In this document: positions 1-14,282 of the stretch, piece by piece
How the letters are laid out: the number at the start of each line of letters is the position of its first letter
Position numbering within the stretch: position 1 is the first letter of the stretch
Assembly: GCA_951406725.2 (NCBI GenBank)
Contig: OX597819.1
Span: 64,666,001 to 64,730,000 of the forward strand
Direction: 5' to 3'
Origin: Octopus vulgaris
Taxonomy: Eukaryota
DNA: 64,000 nt
Made by a program: the position numbers and the translations under genes
The notes under the pieces: generated by a model
What the model was told of the DNA's origin: nothing
The model's input: only the letters and a program-made list of their open reading frames with translations
Databases searched by the model: none

Positions 1-2462
1 GTAATGTCAAGTCCTTGCATGGATCAGAATGCTGGACAGACCAGAGTCTGGTGCGAGCAAAGTTCCGAATGGTGATTAGGGCGAAAGAGAGAAGAGGACC
101 AGTCAGCATTCCTCGCCGTCTAAATGTCCACAAGGTATATGACGTTGTGGTTAGGAATGAGCTTCAGACTCGCTTGTCCAGCATTGAAACTGCTGCAGCA
201 TGGGAAGATTTTCGAGACCAGGTTGTTCAATGTGCAGCCGAAACACTGGGGTATGTTACTGCCAGACACAGAGAACTGTCTACTGTGCAGCGAAGTCTAG
301 CACTTGCCCACTATAACAGTGTAAAATCACTACTGGAGCGATCTCTCAGGAAGATGCAGAACACTTAGTGGGAGAATCTTGCTCGTGATGTTCAGGCTGC
401 TGCTGATTCAAATGACAGCAAGAAGCTTTACCATCTTATGAAGCGAGCTTATGGACCTAAGAGCTCCACATCAGCTCCTTTGCTTTCCAAGGAGTCTTCC
501 ACTCTGTTTACTAAATCAACAGAAATCACAAGTCGCTGGGTCGAACACTTCTCTGAATTCCTAAACCATGAGTCAGTTGTGGATGAAACAGTGATTGATA
601 CTATGAAACAAAGACCTATCATTGACTCCTTAGACTCCTCGCCATCAATACATGAAGTAATGACATCAATAAGTAAATTGAATCTTGGTAGGGCACCTGG
701 AAAGGATGGAATTTGTGCTGAGGTTTTGCGATTTGCTGGTAATTGCATCACACAGTCCCTTCATGAACTTATTAGTGCAGTCTGGAGGGATGTTGCAATC
801 CCTAAGTACTGGAAGGATGCAAATTTTCTTTCTCTATATAAAGGAAAAGGAGCCAGAACAATGTGTGGTAACTACAGAGGTATTGCTCTACTATCAGCTG
901 CTGGCAAGGTTCTGGCAAATATTCTTCTTACCCGTCTGAATGGGTGTCTCGTAAATGATGTCCTATCTGAATCTCAATGTGGATTTCGATCTGGTAGAGG
1001 GACAATGGATATGATTTTCACAGCAAGACAGATGCTGGAGAAGTGCTATGAGCAGAATATGGAACTTGACCAGGTATTCATTGATTTGACTAAGGCCTTT
1101 GATACTATAAATAGGGCCTTTCTATGGAAAATACTTGGCAAACTTGGATGTCCGGATCACTTTGTATCTATAATTAAATCATTTCATGATGGGATGGAGG
1201 TTTGGGTCAATGTTGGTGGCGCCATGGCGGGACACATTCCTGTAGAGAATGGTGTCAATCAGGGTGACATCCTTGCCCCGACTCTCTTTTCTTTGCACTT
1301 TGCTGCTGTTTTTACTCATGCTTTTGCTGAGGTTAACTCTCTGGGAATATATGTCAGATATCGATCTTCTGGCCGCCTGTTTAATCTTCGCCGATTTGCT
1401 GCCAATTCAAAGGTGTCCCAGTCTATTATTCGTGACCTCCTTTATGCAGATGACTGTGACTTAGTCACTCATACAGTGGATGACATGCACATACTCATGA
1501 ATTGCATTTCTGCTTCTTGCAGGGCATTTGGACTCAGCATTAGCCTGGACAAGACTGTTGTAATGTTCCAGCCCGAACCAGGAAATCCATATATAGAACC
1601 AGCTATCTTGGTTGAAGGAACAATTCTGAAGGTAGTAGACAAGTTTGTCTACCTGGGCAGCACACTCAGCCGTTCTTGCTCCCTGGATGAGGAAATATCT
1701 TTCAGGTTGCAGAGAGCAACTAATTCCTTCCGGTTTCTTCAGTCTCGTGTCTGGTCCCAACATGGCATCGCAAAGAGAACAAAAGTTGCTGTGTACCGTG
1801 CTTGTGTACTGACATCGCTTCTCAACTCATGTGAGACATGGACTCTGTACAAATGTCAGGTAAGGATCCTTGAACGTTTTCATCAGAGATGTCTCAGACA
1901 CATTCTCAATGTTGGCTGGACCTCAAAAATTCCAAACACACAGATCCTGAGGACTGCTGATATCTTGAGTATTGAGGCGATGGTACAAAAGCACCGGTTG
2001 CGTTGGACTGGACACCTTATTAGAATAGAAGATAGAAGGATTCCTAAGCAGATGTTCTATGGAGAACTTGTGAATGGAAGGAGACTCCGGCAGAAACCAA
2101 GGCTGCGATTTAAGGATTGTGTCAAGTCCTCGTTAAAGGCCTTTGATATGCAGGACACTGACTGGGAGAACAAGGCCTGTCATCGCCACAGATGAAGGAA
2201 GCAGGTTAAGGAGGAGATCGACACTTTTGAGAGAGCACGTATCCAGCATGAAGAACTTAAGCGAGCTGCGCGAATGCGCACGGCTCGTTTAGTGAATGGG
2301 GAAAGCTTGGTCTGCAATGTTTGCAGTCGTGTATGCTTGTCAAGAGCAGGGCTCATTAGCCACTAACGGAGCCGCACATTCAAAATATAAGATAGTCCTA
2401 GAGCGCACAATGTTCCTGAAGGTCGGCAATGATCTTCCTCGGTCACGAGTGGACGGCCATCA
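1..2462 (+). mobile_element. RTE-clade LINE (5' part outside window), with 3' UTR running into a (TA)n tail
   Basis: One reading frame from the APE C-terminus (ECWTDQSLV) through RT to a C-terminal CNVC..RVC.SRAGL.SH motif; ends GTGGACGGCCATC(AT)n. Confidence 0.92.
15..2390 (+). pseudogene. RTE LINE APE-RT ORF interrupted by in-frame stops at 366-368, 2193-2195 and 2364-2366 (585-aa open part at 438-2195)
   Basis: RT motifs APGKDG, NYRGIALL, QCGFRSGR, FIDLTKAFD, QGDILAPTLF, LLYADD, FVYLGS, RLRWTGH; ORFs 15..368 and 438..2195 share a frame. Confidence 0.92.
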
Positions 2463-2574
2463 TATATATATATATATTTATCTCTCTATCAATTTTTCAT
2501 CATGTTGAACCATTAATCGCTACGCATCTATTTCTCTTTCGCTTTTGATTCTTTCATTCTCTCTATTTTTTCTT

Positions 2575-2745
2575 CCGCTCAGCCCTTTCTATCGAAAAGC
2601 GTAAGTTCGAAGCGTCAAATACTTTTCTCTTCTTCCCGAGTCTCAAACAAATACACTAGCTTGTTCTCTCATCTTTCTTTGTCGTTGTGTTTTCTGCAAA
2701 TTTGAACTATGCACACACACACATATATATATATAGATACACACA

Positions 2746-2820
<75 letters not shown>

Positions 2821-2950
2821 TGGGAGAATTCATAAAAAAACAAAAGACGGAGACAAGTGGTGTAGACAACAAACAGATGTATTAGATTAACGCGCGAGAA
2901 GTGAAAATGTCTTTAACGTTTTGAGCCTACGCTCTTCAACAGAAAGGAAC
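2575..2950. repeat. Inverted pair of Penelope-terminal-repeat-like fragments around a (CA)n/(TA)n tract
   Basis: 2821-2950 matches 5998-6130 and 11427-11560; 2575-2705 is a diverged reverse complement. Confidence 0.6.
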
Positions 2951-4545
2951 ATAGAATATATATATATATGTATAAAAGTCTATATCTATATACATGTGTG
3001 TGTATTTGTGGCCGTATATGTGTATGTGTAAACGGGCAGGACTATATAAACACATACATATCCATGTATATGAATATGCGCCATAATAACCTTCTTTCAA
3101 TCTTTCTCTGTCTTTCGTTTGAACAGCTCTTGCTGCTTTGAATGAATATCTGTAAGCATTTAACAAATACGCATGTTTGGCATGGATATGTTTTTGTATC
3201 GTGAATTTTCAGTAATATGTTTTTCATTGCATATTTGCTAACACCTCGCATGATTGTATAGTTGAGTCGGTTCCCATGTAGTTAAATTTATTCTCCATTT
3301 GTCATTAATGCATTTTCCTCTAAGCTAGATAATTCTTTTTTATAACTGATCATTTGCACATGTCTATCTACTTGTCAATTATTTTCCTTTACGACGCTTA
3401 CGTAAAACCCTATTTACCTGTATTAGTGCTACGCTATCAAACTATTGTCTTAGGAAAGGAGGATATTAAATTGACAAACATATAACTGGAATTAATGATA
3501 TACGACGTATTGAATAATTTCCATAATTTTTTTACTTCCAATGATATTCAATGAAGATAAATATCGCTAAACATTTTGTGTTCATATTGATCTAACACAC
3601 TCTTTTATAATCCAGTGGACACTGGTTTAACAGCGTTGAAACCTTGTCTTTCTCGTTTATACACACATTTATTCAAACATATCAAGTCCTACACCACATT
3701 CTTTACATTTCCGGTACGACATTTCGTGGTTTGATGGTCATCAAATCTTATTTCTAGCAGTACGTCCCACAACGAATATAATAAATCGTAGGTATTCATG
3801 CCCAACTGAAGAATCTCCGTGCTACAATGTTGCTAGTAAAATATCGATCACTCAATTGTTAACAAGCTGATCATTACTACTCATTTCTGCTCAATAGATT
3901 TTTGCGAGAAGCACAAATCATCAACATACATGGATGTTGATGTTAAAACATACATGGATCGAAAAACTATTTGCAATTAATATACTATCGCCAGTTTTTC
4001 ATTCATACAGTTTACGTATTCCAGCATTTAATAATGTCACCCCACAAACCAATCGGCTGTCATGGGAATAACACTAACTGACATGGAGATTTTTTCTATG
4101 TCTACCCGTTATCCTCGGATATGAATTTCAGACTGTGGGTTAATAAAACAAATTAATGAATCAATTTACGTTTTAGTAGTATTTTTTTTAATACTTATTA
4201 AAAGGTCTTCTTAGATTCTGCTTTCCATCCAGGACTGCTTTCTGTTTTATTTTCAGACATAACATGGTGAAAATTTTAATATTTTTATGAGTTTTGTTGC
4301 AACATATGAAACCAAATCTATGGATAGAACAATTGAAAATATATTAAAATAAATTTTAGCATACATACAACAATTTTACATCATGAAATTATATTAATGC
4401 CAACATAAATATCAAACGTACCTTTGAAATATTACTATAGTGATTGCTTATAAAACAGTAAAGTAGGTTATGTTTGTAGTGTTATCTTTTTGATTATATA
4501 TCTAGGAAGAAAGTGAGATATTACGGAAAATACTACAGTTGACTC

Positions 4546-4613
4546 CTATTATAGCCTCGGGCCGACCAAAGACTTGCCATTGATTTTGGTAGACAGATAC
4601 TAAAGGAAACCCG

Positions 4614-4664
<51 letters not shown>

Positions 4665-4890
4665 TATGTATGTATGTGTGTATGTGTGTGTGTCTTTGTG
4701 TCGATGTTTGTCCTCCACCATTGCTTTAAAACCTATGTTGGTTTATTAATGTCCGTGTATACAAGTGTTCAGCAACAAAGACTGACAGAAAAATTACTAG
4801 GCGCACAAAGAATACTGGGTTCGATTTCTTAGACTAATAAGACGGGCTCCGGCACTGCCTCGGTCAAATGACTTAAACAAGTAAAAGAAT
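4546..4890 (+). mobile_element. tRNA-derived SINE family A, 5'-truncated and diverged
   Basis: TATAGCCTCGGGCCGACCAAAG ... internal microsatellite ... GTCAAATGACTTAAACAAGTAAAAGA, matching 16103-16519. Confidence 0.75.
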
Positions 4891-4920
4891 ATATATTTAT
4901 ATATTAATCTTGGGTTTCGT

Positions 4921-5914
4921 GCTGATGATAGCTGCGTCTAGCAAATTATTTTATTTGCTGAAGATAGCTTGAAACGATGGGACAGGAAATAGATTGTAAA
5001 TGTTTTTTTTTTATTTTCCATTCCCTTTCGAGTTTGCCCCTAATAGAGGTTTGGATTTTAACTATTCCTTCTAGAGTATTAGATGTGCTATTATAGCCAT
5101 CTCGTATGTGTTTAAATGTAAACTGCATTTATATTAATATATATATATATGTATATATATATGTATATATATAATACAGTGTACATTTAAACACATTAAG
5201 AGATATCCATCATAGGACTCCCTTACACTAGAAGGAACAGCGAAAGTCCAAACCACTATTAGGGGTAATTCCGAAAGGGAATGACAAATAAAAAGCATTT
5301 ACCACCGATTTCCCGGACCATGGTTTCAGACTTTTTTAACAAATAATATAATTTGCTAGGCGAAGTCTTCGTCAACAGTTATGTCAAGATGAAACATATA
5401 AGTACGAGGCAAATCCAGCATGTGCCTCTTACTTATACATTATATTTTTTTCAAATCTACCGCGCAAGCGCAGTTTTTTGTCGAACAGTTTTCCAGAAAT
5501 CATTATAATTAATAATATCGAAGTAATAAAGATTTAAAAAATTTTTACTACCAGTTTCCTAGCATATAGTAAAATTTGTCAATAGACTATCTTTTCATTT
5601 TTCATGTAAAATACAATGTACATTTAAACACTTTAAGAGATATCCATCATAAGAACTCCCTTACGCTAGAAGGAACACCTAAAGTCCAAACGTGATAATA
5701 TTAATTATATACAATGATTTCGAAGAAATCATTGTATATAATGTGGTTTGGACTTTTGATGTTCCTTCTAGCGTAAGGGAGTCCTATGATGGATACCTCT
5801 TATTGAGTTTAAATGTACGCTGTATTTTATATGAATAATGTATAGTTTATTGACTAATTTTTCTATACGCTAGGCCACTGGTAGTAAAACTTTCTAAAAT
5901 CTTTATTACCCCTG

Positions 5915-5915
<1 letters not shown>
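4921..5915. repeat. Two adjacent foldback (inverted-repeat) structures built from one repeat family
   Basis: 4921-5130 is inverse to 5172-5377; 5522-5692 is inverse to 5743-5912; shared core GTACATTTAAACAC..AGAGATATCCATCATAGGACTCCCTTAC.CTAGAAGGAAC. Confidence 0.75.
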
Positions 5916-5993
<78 letters not shown>

Positions 5994-5997
5994 ATAA

Positions 5998-7395
5998 CGG
6001 GAAGGTTTACGAAAATAAACAAAAGACGAAGGCAGGTGGAGTACAAACAAACAATTGTATTAGTATGGCGCTCAGGAATAGAAATAAAACAAGTGTTTTA
6101 CGTTTCGAGACTACGCTCTTCGACAGAAAGATACACAGAAAAGTAACAAGGAGAGAAAAATGCGTGTAGGAGCTAACGGTCCAACATGGCGTTCTGATTT
6201 CAGGTAGAAGTCAGTGATCAAAAGTCAGACGTCAGAGGTCAGACGTTAGACGCTAGAGGGATAGTAGGAGAGATAACATGGTCAAGTGACCTCGCCCCAA
6301 CATGAAGGTGCGTGTGTGTATAAGAGAGTATGTATGTGCGTGTGAAAGAGGGCTGGTGGTCTGGACGTGTGTATGTATGTATGATGTGATGTGTAATGTC
6401 GTATGGTGTAGTGTAGTGTGGTGTGATGTTGTGGGGAGGTGGAGGGTCAAGAGTGGTGAAAGCCCATGTGGGGTGCGGGTTCGGGTGGGGGTGGGGGTAG
6501 AGTGGGGGTTGGGGTAGAGTGGGGGTTGTGGGGAGAGGGAAAGGGGGAGAGAAGAGAGAGGAGGAGGGAGAGGAGAATGAAGGAGAGTAGTAGAAGGAGG
6601 GGAAGAGGAGGAGGGGGAGAGAATGGGAGTGTGGAAGCAGAGAGAAAGAGAGAAAGGGAAGAGGGAAGAAGAAAGAAGAAAGAAGAAGAGGGCAAAAGGG
6701 AAGAGGAGGGAAAGAGAGTAGGGGTGAAAAGATGAAGGACTGAAGAGAAGTAGGAGTCGGGGGGAGGTTAGATGAAAAGGGGGGAGAGTTGAGACCAAAT
6801 GGCGTAAAAGAGCGAAGAGAGATTAATCTCTGTTCACGGCGCAAACGTGGAGGTGAAGGAGTCGATGATGCGATAGGGTCGATGATGGGTGTCAGTGAGG
6901 AGGGTAGTGTTGGAGAGGTAAGGACAAGTGCGTCAACGTGGGCGGGAGCAGGGGAACGAGCCAGGTTGGGAGGTAGGGTCAGAGAAGAAGCTGTGGACTA
7001 ATAGGTCTCGCAGGTTATGGGCTCTTTGAAGGAGAGGAGGGGTCGGTTAGGGAAGAGGTGTGAAGTGGACGGGTCGGACTGGAGATGACGGAAAGCTTGA
7101 AGAATGGTGCGTTGGAGAGGTAGGATGGTGGGGTGGTAAGTGAGGGGAAAAGGGAGGCGGGAGACTGCAGGGCGGGTTCGGAGGGAGAGAGCAGATGCAC
7201 GGTCTACGGAACGTTCTCTGGCAAGGGCGGTGTGGATAGTAGTGAGGGGGTATCCACGTAGGATGAAGTGGCGAGCCATGAGTTGAGACTGAGTCTCAAA
7301 GTCATGGTCGTCACTACAGAGCCTACGTAGACGGAGGTATTGGGAATAGGGGATGGAAAGCTTGGTGTGTTTTGGGGTGGGAGGAAGAGAAGTTT
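5998..7395 (-). mobile_element. Penelope-like element, 5'-truncated: RT thumb, linker, EN C-terminus and 3' terminal repeat
   Basis: Minus strand reads HTKLSIPYSQYLRLRRLCSDD..RGYP..LPFPLTYHP..AHNLRDLLVH..FPCSRPR.RTCP and REQRLISLRSFTPFGLN; terminal repeat at 5998-6180. Confidence 0.85.
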
Positions 7396-8539
7396 AGGTA
7401 TGAATGTGAGTCTGTGTGTTTGTAGTGAATGGAGGTGGTAAGAGTGGAGTGATGAAAGTAGATGTTAGTAAAAGTGTAAAGTAGTTTATGATTCCAGTGT
7501 TAAGTGTTTCATTACATATTTGTGAAGAAAATGAGATATTATGGGAAAATACTCTCAACCAGGTGACATCGCTGTGCGGCAAAGCAGCTCGATAGAATAA
7601 GTACTTGGTTTACAATGAATAAGTCCGTGGGTCCATTTGTTCAACTGAAGACCGCAATTGAATGGCTAAAATAATTAAAATAATATAAGAATAAAGAATA
7701 TAATATATTTGAAATTGTGCGTGTGTGTGTGGATGGGGTAGAATGTAAATTTATCAGTTTCTCTAAATATCATACTAGGAAATATTTTATATAATAACCA
7801 GATTGAACACAGAAGGTTCGTTCGTCTTCCTTTGATATTTCAGAACGCAAATGTCGATTATAAAGCATATTATTGTAAATAATAACATTCTTCGAACTAA
7901 TTCAATGCAGACAATAAAACAATTTGCAAATATGCCCGAGGTACATAAAACATTGTTTTGAGTTCTCATGATCACAACTTTTATTAATGTGCGTTACACA
8001 AATAACGCTTCAATCGTTTGCAAATCAAGATTATTAAGAAAATATTGAACAGAATTTTAAATGTCAAATGCTTAGAATTGTAAGCAAAATAAACTGAACC
8101 ATGTAGATGCTAAAAAAATTATAATGAAGGATTACTACAGCGGTAATATGTTAATACGTTTTCTATATGTCAGTAGGACTGTGAAAAACAAAAGCAGATG
8201 TATTGTATAAAAGCCATTACTTTCTCATCTATTGATACACATATTTCAAGTGTTCACATGAAGTGAAATTTTTTTCTCATTGCGAGAAATATAATTTGGT
8301 GACTATCTTGCAACCGAATATGTGTATTTTACGACTAGAATTGGAAAGCTGTATTCAAGTGGAGCAGTCCAGGTTCTAATTGGAGTACCATAAAGGCTTG
8401 GAGTACATGAATGCCAAGAAGATCTTTTGCTGTGTTTTCTTCTCTTTTTGAACTATTGTTTTCTTCTATTGGGACTTTTTATTGAACTGTTTGATTTTAG
8501 TTATTTCTCCTCCCCTCGTGTATTCTTTTGAATTCTTTC

Positions 8540-9790
8540 TTTCCTTTTTTGTGAACTATTGATTTGGGTATGGCAAAAAAAATACGCATAATATTGTTGA
8601 GTGGGAGAATGTCCCACCGAAGTAGTGGTTAAACATGTGGAGGAGAGGACGGTGGTAGTTAGAAATTACTCTAAAATTCTTGATACAATCACCGTCTTCC
8701 AAAAACAAACCTTTGAAAAAAAATAAAAGACTATTTGTCCCCTGTAAAATATATATCCTGGGGTGTCAGGCATGCAACGGTGTAGTTGCTTTTTGACACC
8801 ACGGAGGAAGCTTGCAATTTTGAAAGTCAGCCTTTGGAGGGAAAGGAAATTTTGTTCCTCCCCTCGTCCTGCGGGAGGAAGGTGATAAGAGCCTGGGTAT
8901 GTGGGAAATCCCCGGGCGTAGAGGCGGATTGGATAGAAAATACCATCCGATGGGGCCTGGCGGATATCGGGCTCAGGTTCTTAAATGTAAGAGTGACGCC
9001 TGCGGTCAACTGGGAGGGTGCAAGGCAATTTTGACCCTGTGGACCCCAGTGACCGCAGGCAAAATGACCTCCCCCCACTTTTTGAGGATGGCTGGCTCCA
9101 GGTATCCAGTGATTCTGGAGGGTCACCCACCCCCAAGTATCACTCGTTCTGGGAGTCAGGCCATGTCAAGAAAGACTGATCCCGGGGCCGTGGTAAGGCT
9201 CCAGAGCAGGAACAGTGGAAGGTGCCCTACTCTCTCCCACTGCAGGTAGAAACGGAGGAAGTCGTTGAGGTATCGACCTCAACGAGAAGGAAGAGAAAGG
9301 TGTGTAGGTTGCGGAAGCCTCGACTCGCGCAACCGAAAGAAGAAGAAAAAAAAGAAGAGAAACGGTAGACGGCCAGCGGATGTCACTGTGCTGCCCACCG
9401 AATCCGATGTTCCGCCAGTGGGAAGTGTGCCACCGGAGTGAGAGGCTACGTTAGTTGGAATTGTGCCACTGACAGAGCTGGATGTGACCTCTCTCTGTGA
9501 GGAAGAGGTTGTCATTTTCTATCTCAAGGGAGGGTCTGTTGAGTTATATTTGGACAGTCTACTAGTCCGAAAGTGATATGACTCGACCTGTATAGACTGT
9601 CCAAGTTGGCCTGCTAGGTGGGTGTGGAGGTCATACATCAGAAAAAAACTGATTGAGATCAGGAATACCTGTAACGAAGAAGAGTTTGTTTTCCTCGGTC
9701 CGGGCCTGCCGATGCAGGCTTCCCTGCAGGCGGCAGAAAACATACTCGGGGGACCCGGATGAGGTAGACGAAGAAGTATGAAAAATATAT
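8540..9790 (+). pseudogene. Decayed ORF1 (gag-like) of a Tx1/L1-type LINE
   Basis: GC-richer coding-like segment; decayed zinc knuckle Y-H-S-F-W-E-S-G-H-V-K-K-D-* at 9138-9179 (CX2CX4HX4C spacing) preceded by VILEGHPP; basic KKKKKKRN tract. Confidence 0.55.
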
Positions 9791-10007
9791 GTTTGTAATT
9801 TGTAATTGTAAATTCTGAATTTTTGTGATTATAATTTTGATTTCTATTGATTTATATTGGACAGTGATTTCGAGGGGATATCGGTCGGCGGGCGCTGGTG
9901 CTCCTCCTATTTTTTCCCATCTTTGTCGTTTTCATACACATTAATGTCTCTGTCTAGCCTGCAGCTACCTGTATCTATGTTCGACCTTCATGATCAATTC
10001 GATGAAA

Positions 10008-10147
10008 TAAAGCAGCTTTCTTACAAATCACATGGTTCCGGGTTCAGTACCGCTGCGTGGTACCTTGGGCAAGTGTCTTCTACTAGAGCCTCGGGCCGAC
10101 CAAATCCTTGGGAGTGGATTTGGTAGACGGAAACTGAAAGAAGCGTG

Positions 10148-10235
<88 letters not shown>

Positions 10236-10394
10236 GTGTGTGTATGTATGTATATGTTTGTGTTTCTGTATTTGTCCCCCCACCATCGCTTGACAACCGA
10301 TGCTGGTGCTGATTCGCTCGACTAAAGGCAGTGCCCAGTCAAATGGCCACAGTCAAATGACTGAAACAAATAAAAGAGTAAAAGAGTAAAAGAG
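10008..10394 (+). mobile_element. tRNA-derived SINE family A
   Basis: CATGGTTCCGGGTTCAGTACC..CCTTGGGCAAGTGTCTTCTACTA..; internal (TA)n(TG)n; tail GACTGAAACAAATAAAAGAGTAAAAGAG. Confidence 0.85.
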
Positions 10395-10567
10395 CATGTA
10401 TATAACTAGTGCCGCTTGTTTGTCTTTGTATATAATCGTATATGTGACTGTGTCGGCTTTCTTCGAGACGCGTGCTTGTAGTGATAAATTACATGGTTTT
10501 TGACGTTGTGTCTATTTTCGGCATATATTGTCATTAGAAAATTTTTCTTTTGCCCTTACATATAAAT

Positions 10568-10651
<84 letters not shown>

Positions 10652-11288
10652 TATACATCCAATTCCAGGCAAGTTTTTCTTCATCTTTTGGATACGACTC
10701 TCTAACCTATACTGTTCTCTTCCTCCATCCTTCTCAAATCCCCTATCTCTCCCCCTCCCTCCTTCACCATTTCCTATCTGCCTCTCCCTCCCCCACATTT
10801 ATTTTGTCTCTTTTTCTCCCTCTCCTTGCACATTGTCCATATTTCTTTTCTTCACGAGACAATCTTTTTATCCCGCAAAAAACGTTCAAAATTACAGATG
10901 TGTTTTTTTCTCTTTCTCCCTTACATATCTTTTCAAAAAATGCTTCTCCCAGCGTACAGTATTTTCCTCTCATTCTGTTCTAACGATCCTCTACGTTTTT
11001 TCGTTCGGTTTCCTTATATGTCGCCATTGTCATATTTTTGTTCCCAATTTACACCCGCCAGAAATCCTAAATTTTATTTTAGAACTTATGGGATCAACTG
11101 TCTTTCAAGACTCATGATGTTGAACGAGCGAAATGAGGATAGACAGCCGACAACTGATGAAGAGTCCTTCCTCTGTGTTAACTTGTTCAATATTCCAGTT
11201 TAATCGTTGTTTCAGTATTTCACGTTATTTGCACCGTTGGTGACGTCCTGTACCCATATATGCATGCCTATTATATGTTATTTATGAT

Positions 11289-11600
<312 letters not shown>

Positions 11601-11791
11601 TATATACGTACGTGTTTCAGCTACATAATTATTCATCTTTTAGCGATACTACTGAGGAGACACCAAATAAATTTATTTTGTCATAAATAGCAAAATTCGA
11701 GCATATAATTAACTGCCCGTTTTAGCATATAAGAAATCTTGTTATGAGCCATCTGTACTACGTCTATAAATCGTTATACACTCTAATATAT

Positions 11792-11871
<80 letters not shown>

Positions 11872-12254
11872 GCACGTAGGTATTTATATAAGTATATATA
11901 TATTGGATAAAGACTCGTTTCAGTCATGGATGGCCATGCGATTGAATCTAGAAAGTTGTCTTCCGAGACACAAGGCTGCATATGGAAGAGCAGTGCTAAG
12001 TATATTTATAAATTGCGCCATGTAACATAAAATAATCTTCCTGGATCAATCTCTACGGTACATATATTTGAAAAAAAAAAATGTGTGCTGAACATTAATG
12101 TCATTTTCTTAATTAGAAAATATGTGAAAAAGGTTTGTGCAAAATATGGAAGAAAGAAGCGAAATCAAGAAGGCTACAATTCCTCTTCTTTTTTTCTATT
12201 TCCATTTTATGTACTGATTTTCTTCACATTCTTTTCTTACTGCTGAGCGTCTTT

Positions 12255-12322
<68 letters not shown>

Positions 12323-12985
12323 GAGCTGAGCCTGAAAGATTACATTAAGATACATGGTGTATTTTATAAATAAGACTGTTGGAGTTTCATAATAGCATGA
12401 AACAGTTAGTAGATTTTTCGGTTGTGCATTTAAATTGGTATATATATGGAGAGAGAAAGAATGGTTGGCAGAGAGACACATATTTTGTATGGTGTATATT
12501 TTCATATGTCTTTCAAATTCTCAGTGATTTCAACATGTTTGGTTATTGAAAATTGTAGCTATTTGTATGCAACTATGTATATATTTATAAAATTAAAATG
12601 AAACAAATATACTGTTTATTTAGTAGTCTGGCAGTAAATATACAAAAGTTTGAAGTTTAATAGTTAATAGTTTGAAAGTATTATTGTCTTTACTTTCATT
12701 TCCTATGTTATTACGAAAACCGTCACGGACAAAAAATACTATAAATGAGCAACGTATTATAAATAATATTAACAATAATAAATATATATATCATGTTAAT
12801 ATTAAATTTACTAATGTTGTTATTACTCTTGATCTTTTCCTTCTTGTTATCATAATGATATCTGGAATGTTTTCTGAAAGTCCCTATATTCATAGAAAAA
12901 TCAATTTATTCTATTTGTATCTCTATATATCTAGATTAATGCATATTTCTATGTATGTAGGTAGGTAGGTGTGTGTGTATGTATG

Positions 12986-13072
<87 letters not shown>

Positions 13073-13129
13073 ATCAATCTATCTATCTACCTAATAATCA
13101 ATGTGTATATATATATATGTATGTATATT

Positions 13130-13196
<67 letters not shown>

Positions 13197-13987
13197 ATAT
13201 ATATATATATATATATATGTTTACGGGCTCACAAACGCATACCCACGCACAAACGGACACACGTATATTTGTCTCTGTGTATGATTGTGTGTGCCTGAGC
13301 GTGCATGATTGTACGCACGCGTGTGTGACAGAATATACGAATAAGAATACGTTGATGTATAGATACAAATATTTATACATTTATATATATATATATTACA
13401 AAAAAGCAACTATTAATACTAATATATATTCATACATATATGCTTTTTTTTCTTCTTGTATCAGATGTAGTTGTTTATTACATTGACATTATAAACGTTT
13501 TGTGTGATGTTACTTCTGCGTTAGTTTAATTTTATTTACGATGTTTCGTCATAATTTAAAAGATTTCCATCACGAATGGAGAAATTAAATTAGTTTACAT
13601 ATTTAACACTGTTTGGTGGCTTCAACTTCAGAGTTGTTTGTGCTTTCGAAACCAAACACGAAAATTACACTTTACATTTACTCATTATTGAATGTTCACA
13701 ACATATATACTAATATATATACACATTTATGTACAAATATGCAATGATACATATATTTATATATATACAAACAAATACACACACATACACACATATATAT
13801 ATATATGTATGTGTGTGTATGTATGTATGTATGTATGTATGTATGTATGTATGTATGTATGTATACATGTAAGTATGTAGTATATATATGTAGTTAGGTT
13901 ATACTCCGTTAAGGAAGTAGTGAAGTATTTCATAAAACTCGTACCACCTTCAGATTTCACCCATTGCTAACCGACGATAGTATAACG

Positions 13988-14073
<86 letters not shown>

Positions 14074-14282
14074 AGTAGATTTGTGTTGGGGCCTCTGTTG
14101 TGTGTGAATGAATATATGAATAAGTTGGCAGCAACAAGGATTACAGAGGAACGATTATTTAGGATCACAAGAAGTATATTGATTAGAAATGCATGTCCCT
14201 CTGGACACCTTTTCTCAGTCCACCCTATTCAATAATATACACACATAAACACACACAAACATATATATATGGTGTACACTCA

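Noticed and set aside
6239-6844. 201-aa Pro/Ser/Leu-rich ORF
   Set aside because: Only the first ~20 residues are PLE endonuclease C-terminus; the rest is low-complexity purine/pyrimidine-biased 3' UTR
11154-11230. CTGATGA as a hammerhead core
   Set aside because: No downstream stem II-GAAA-stem III arrangement
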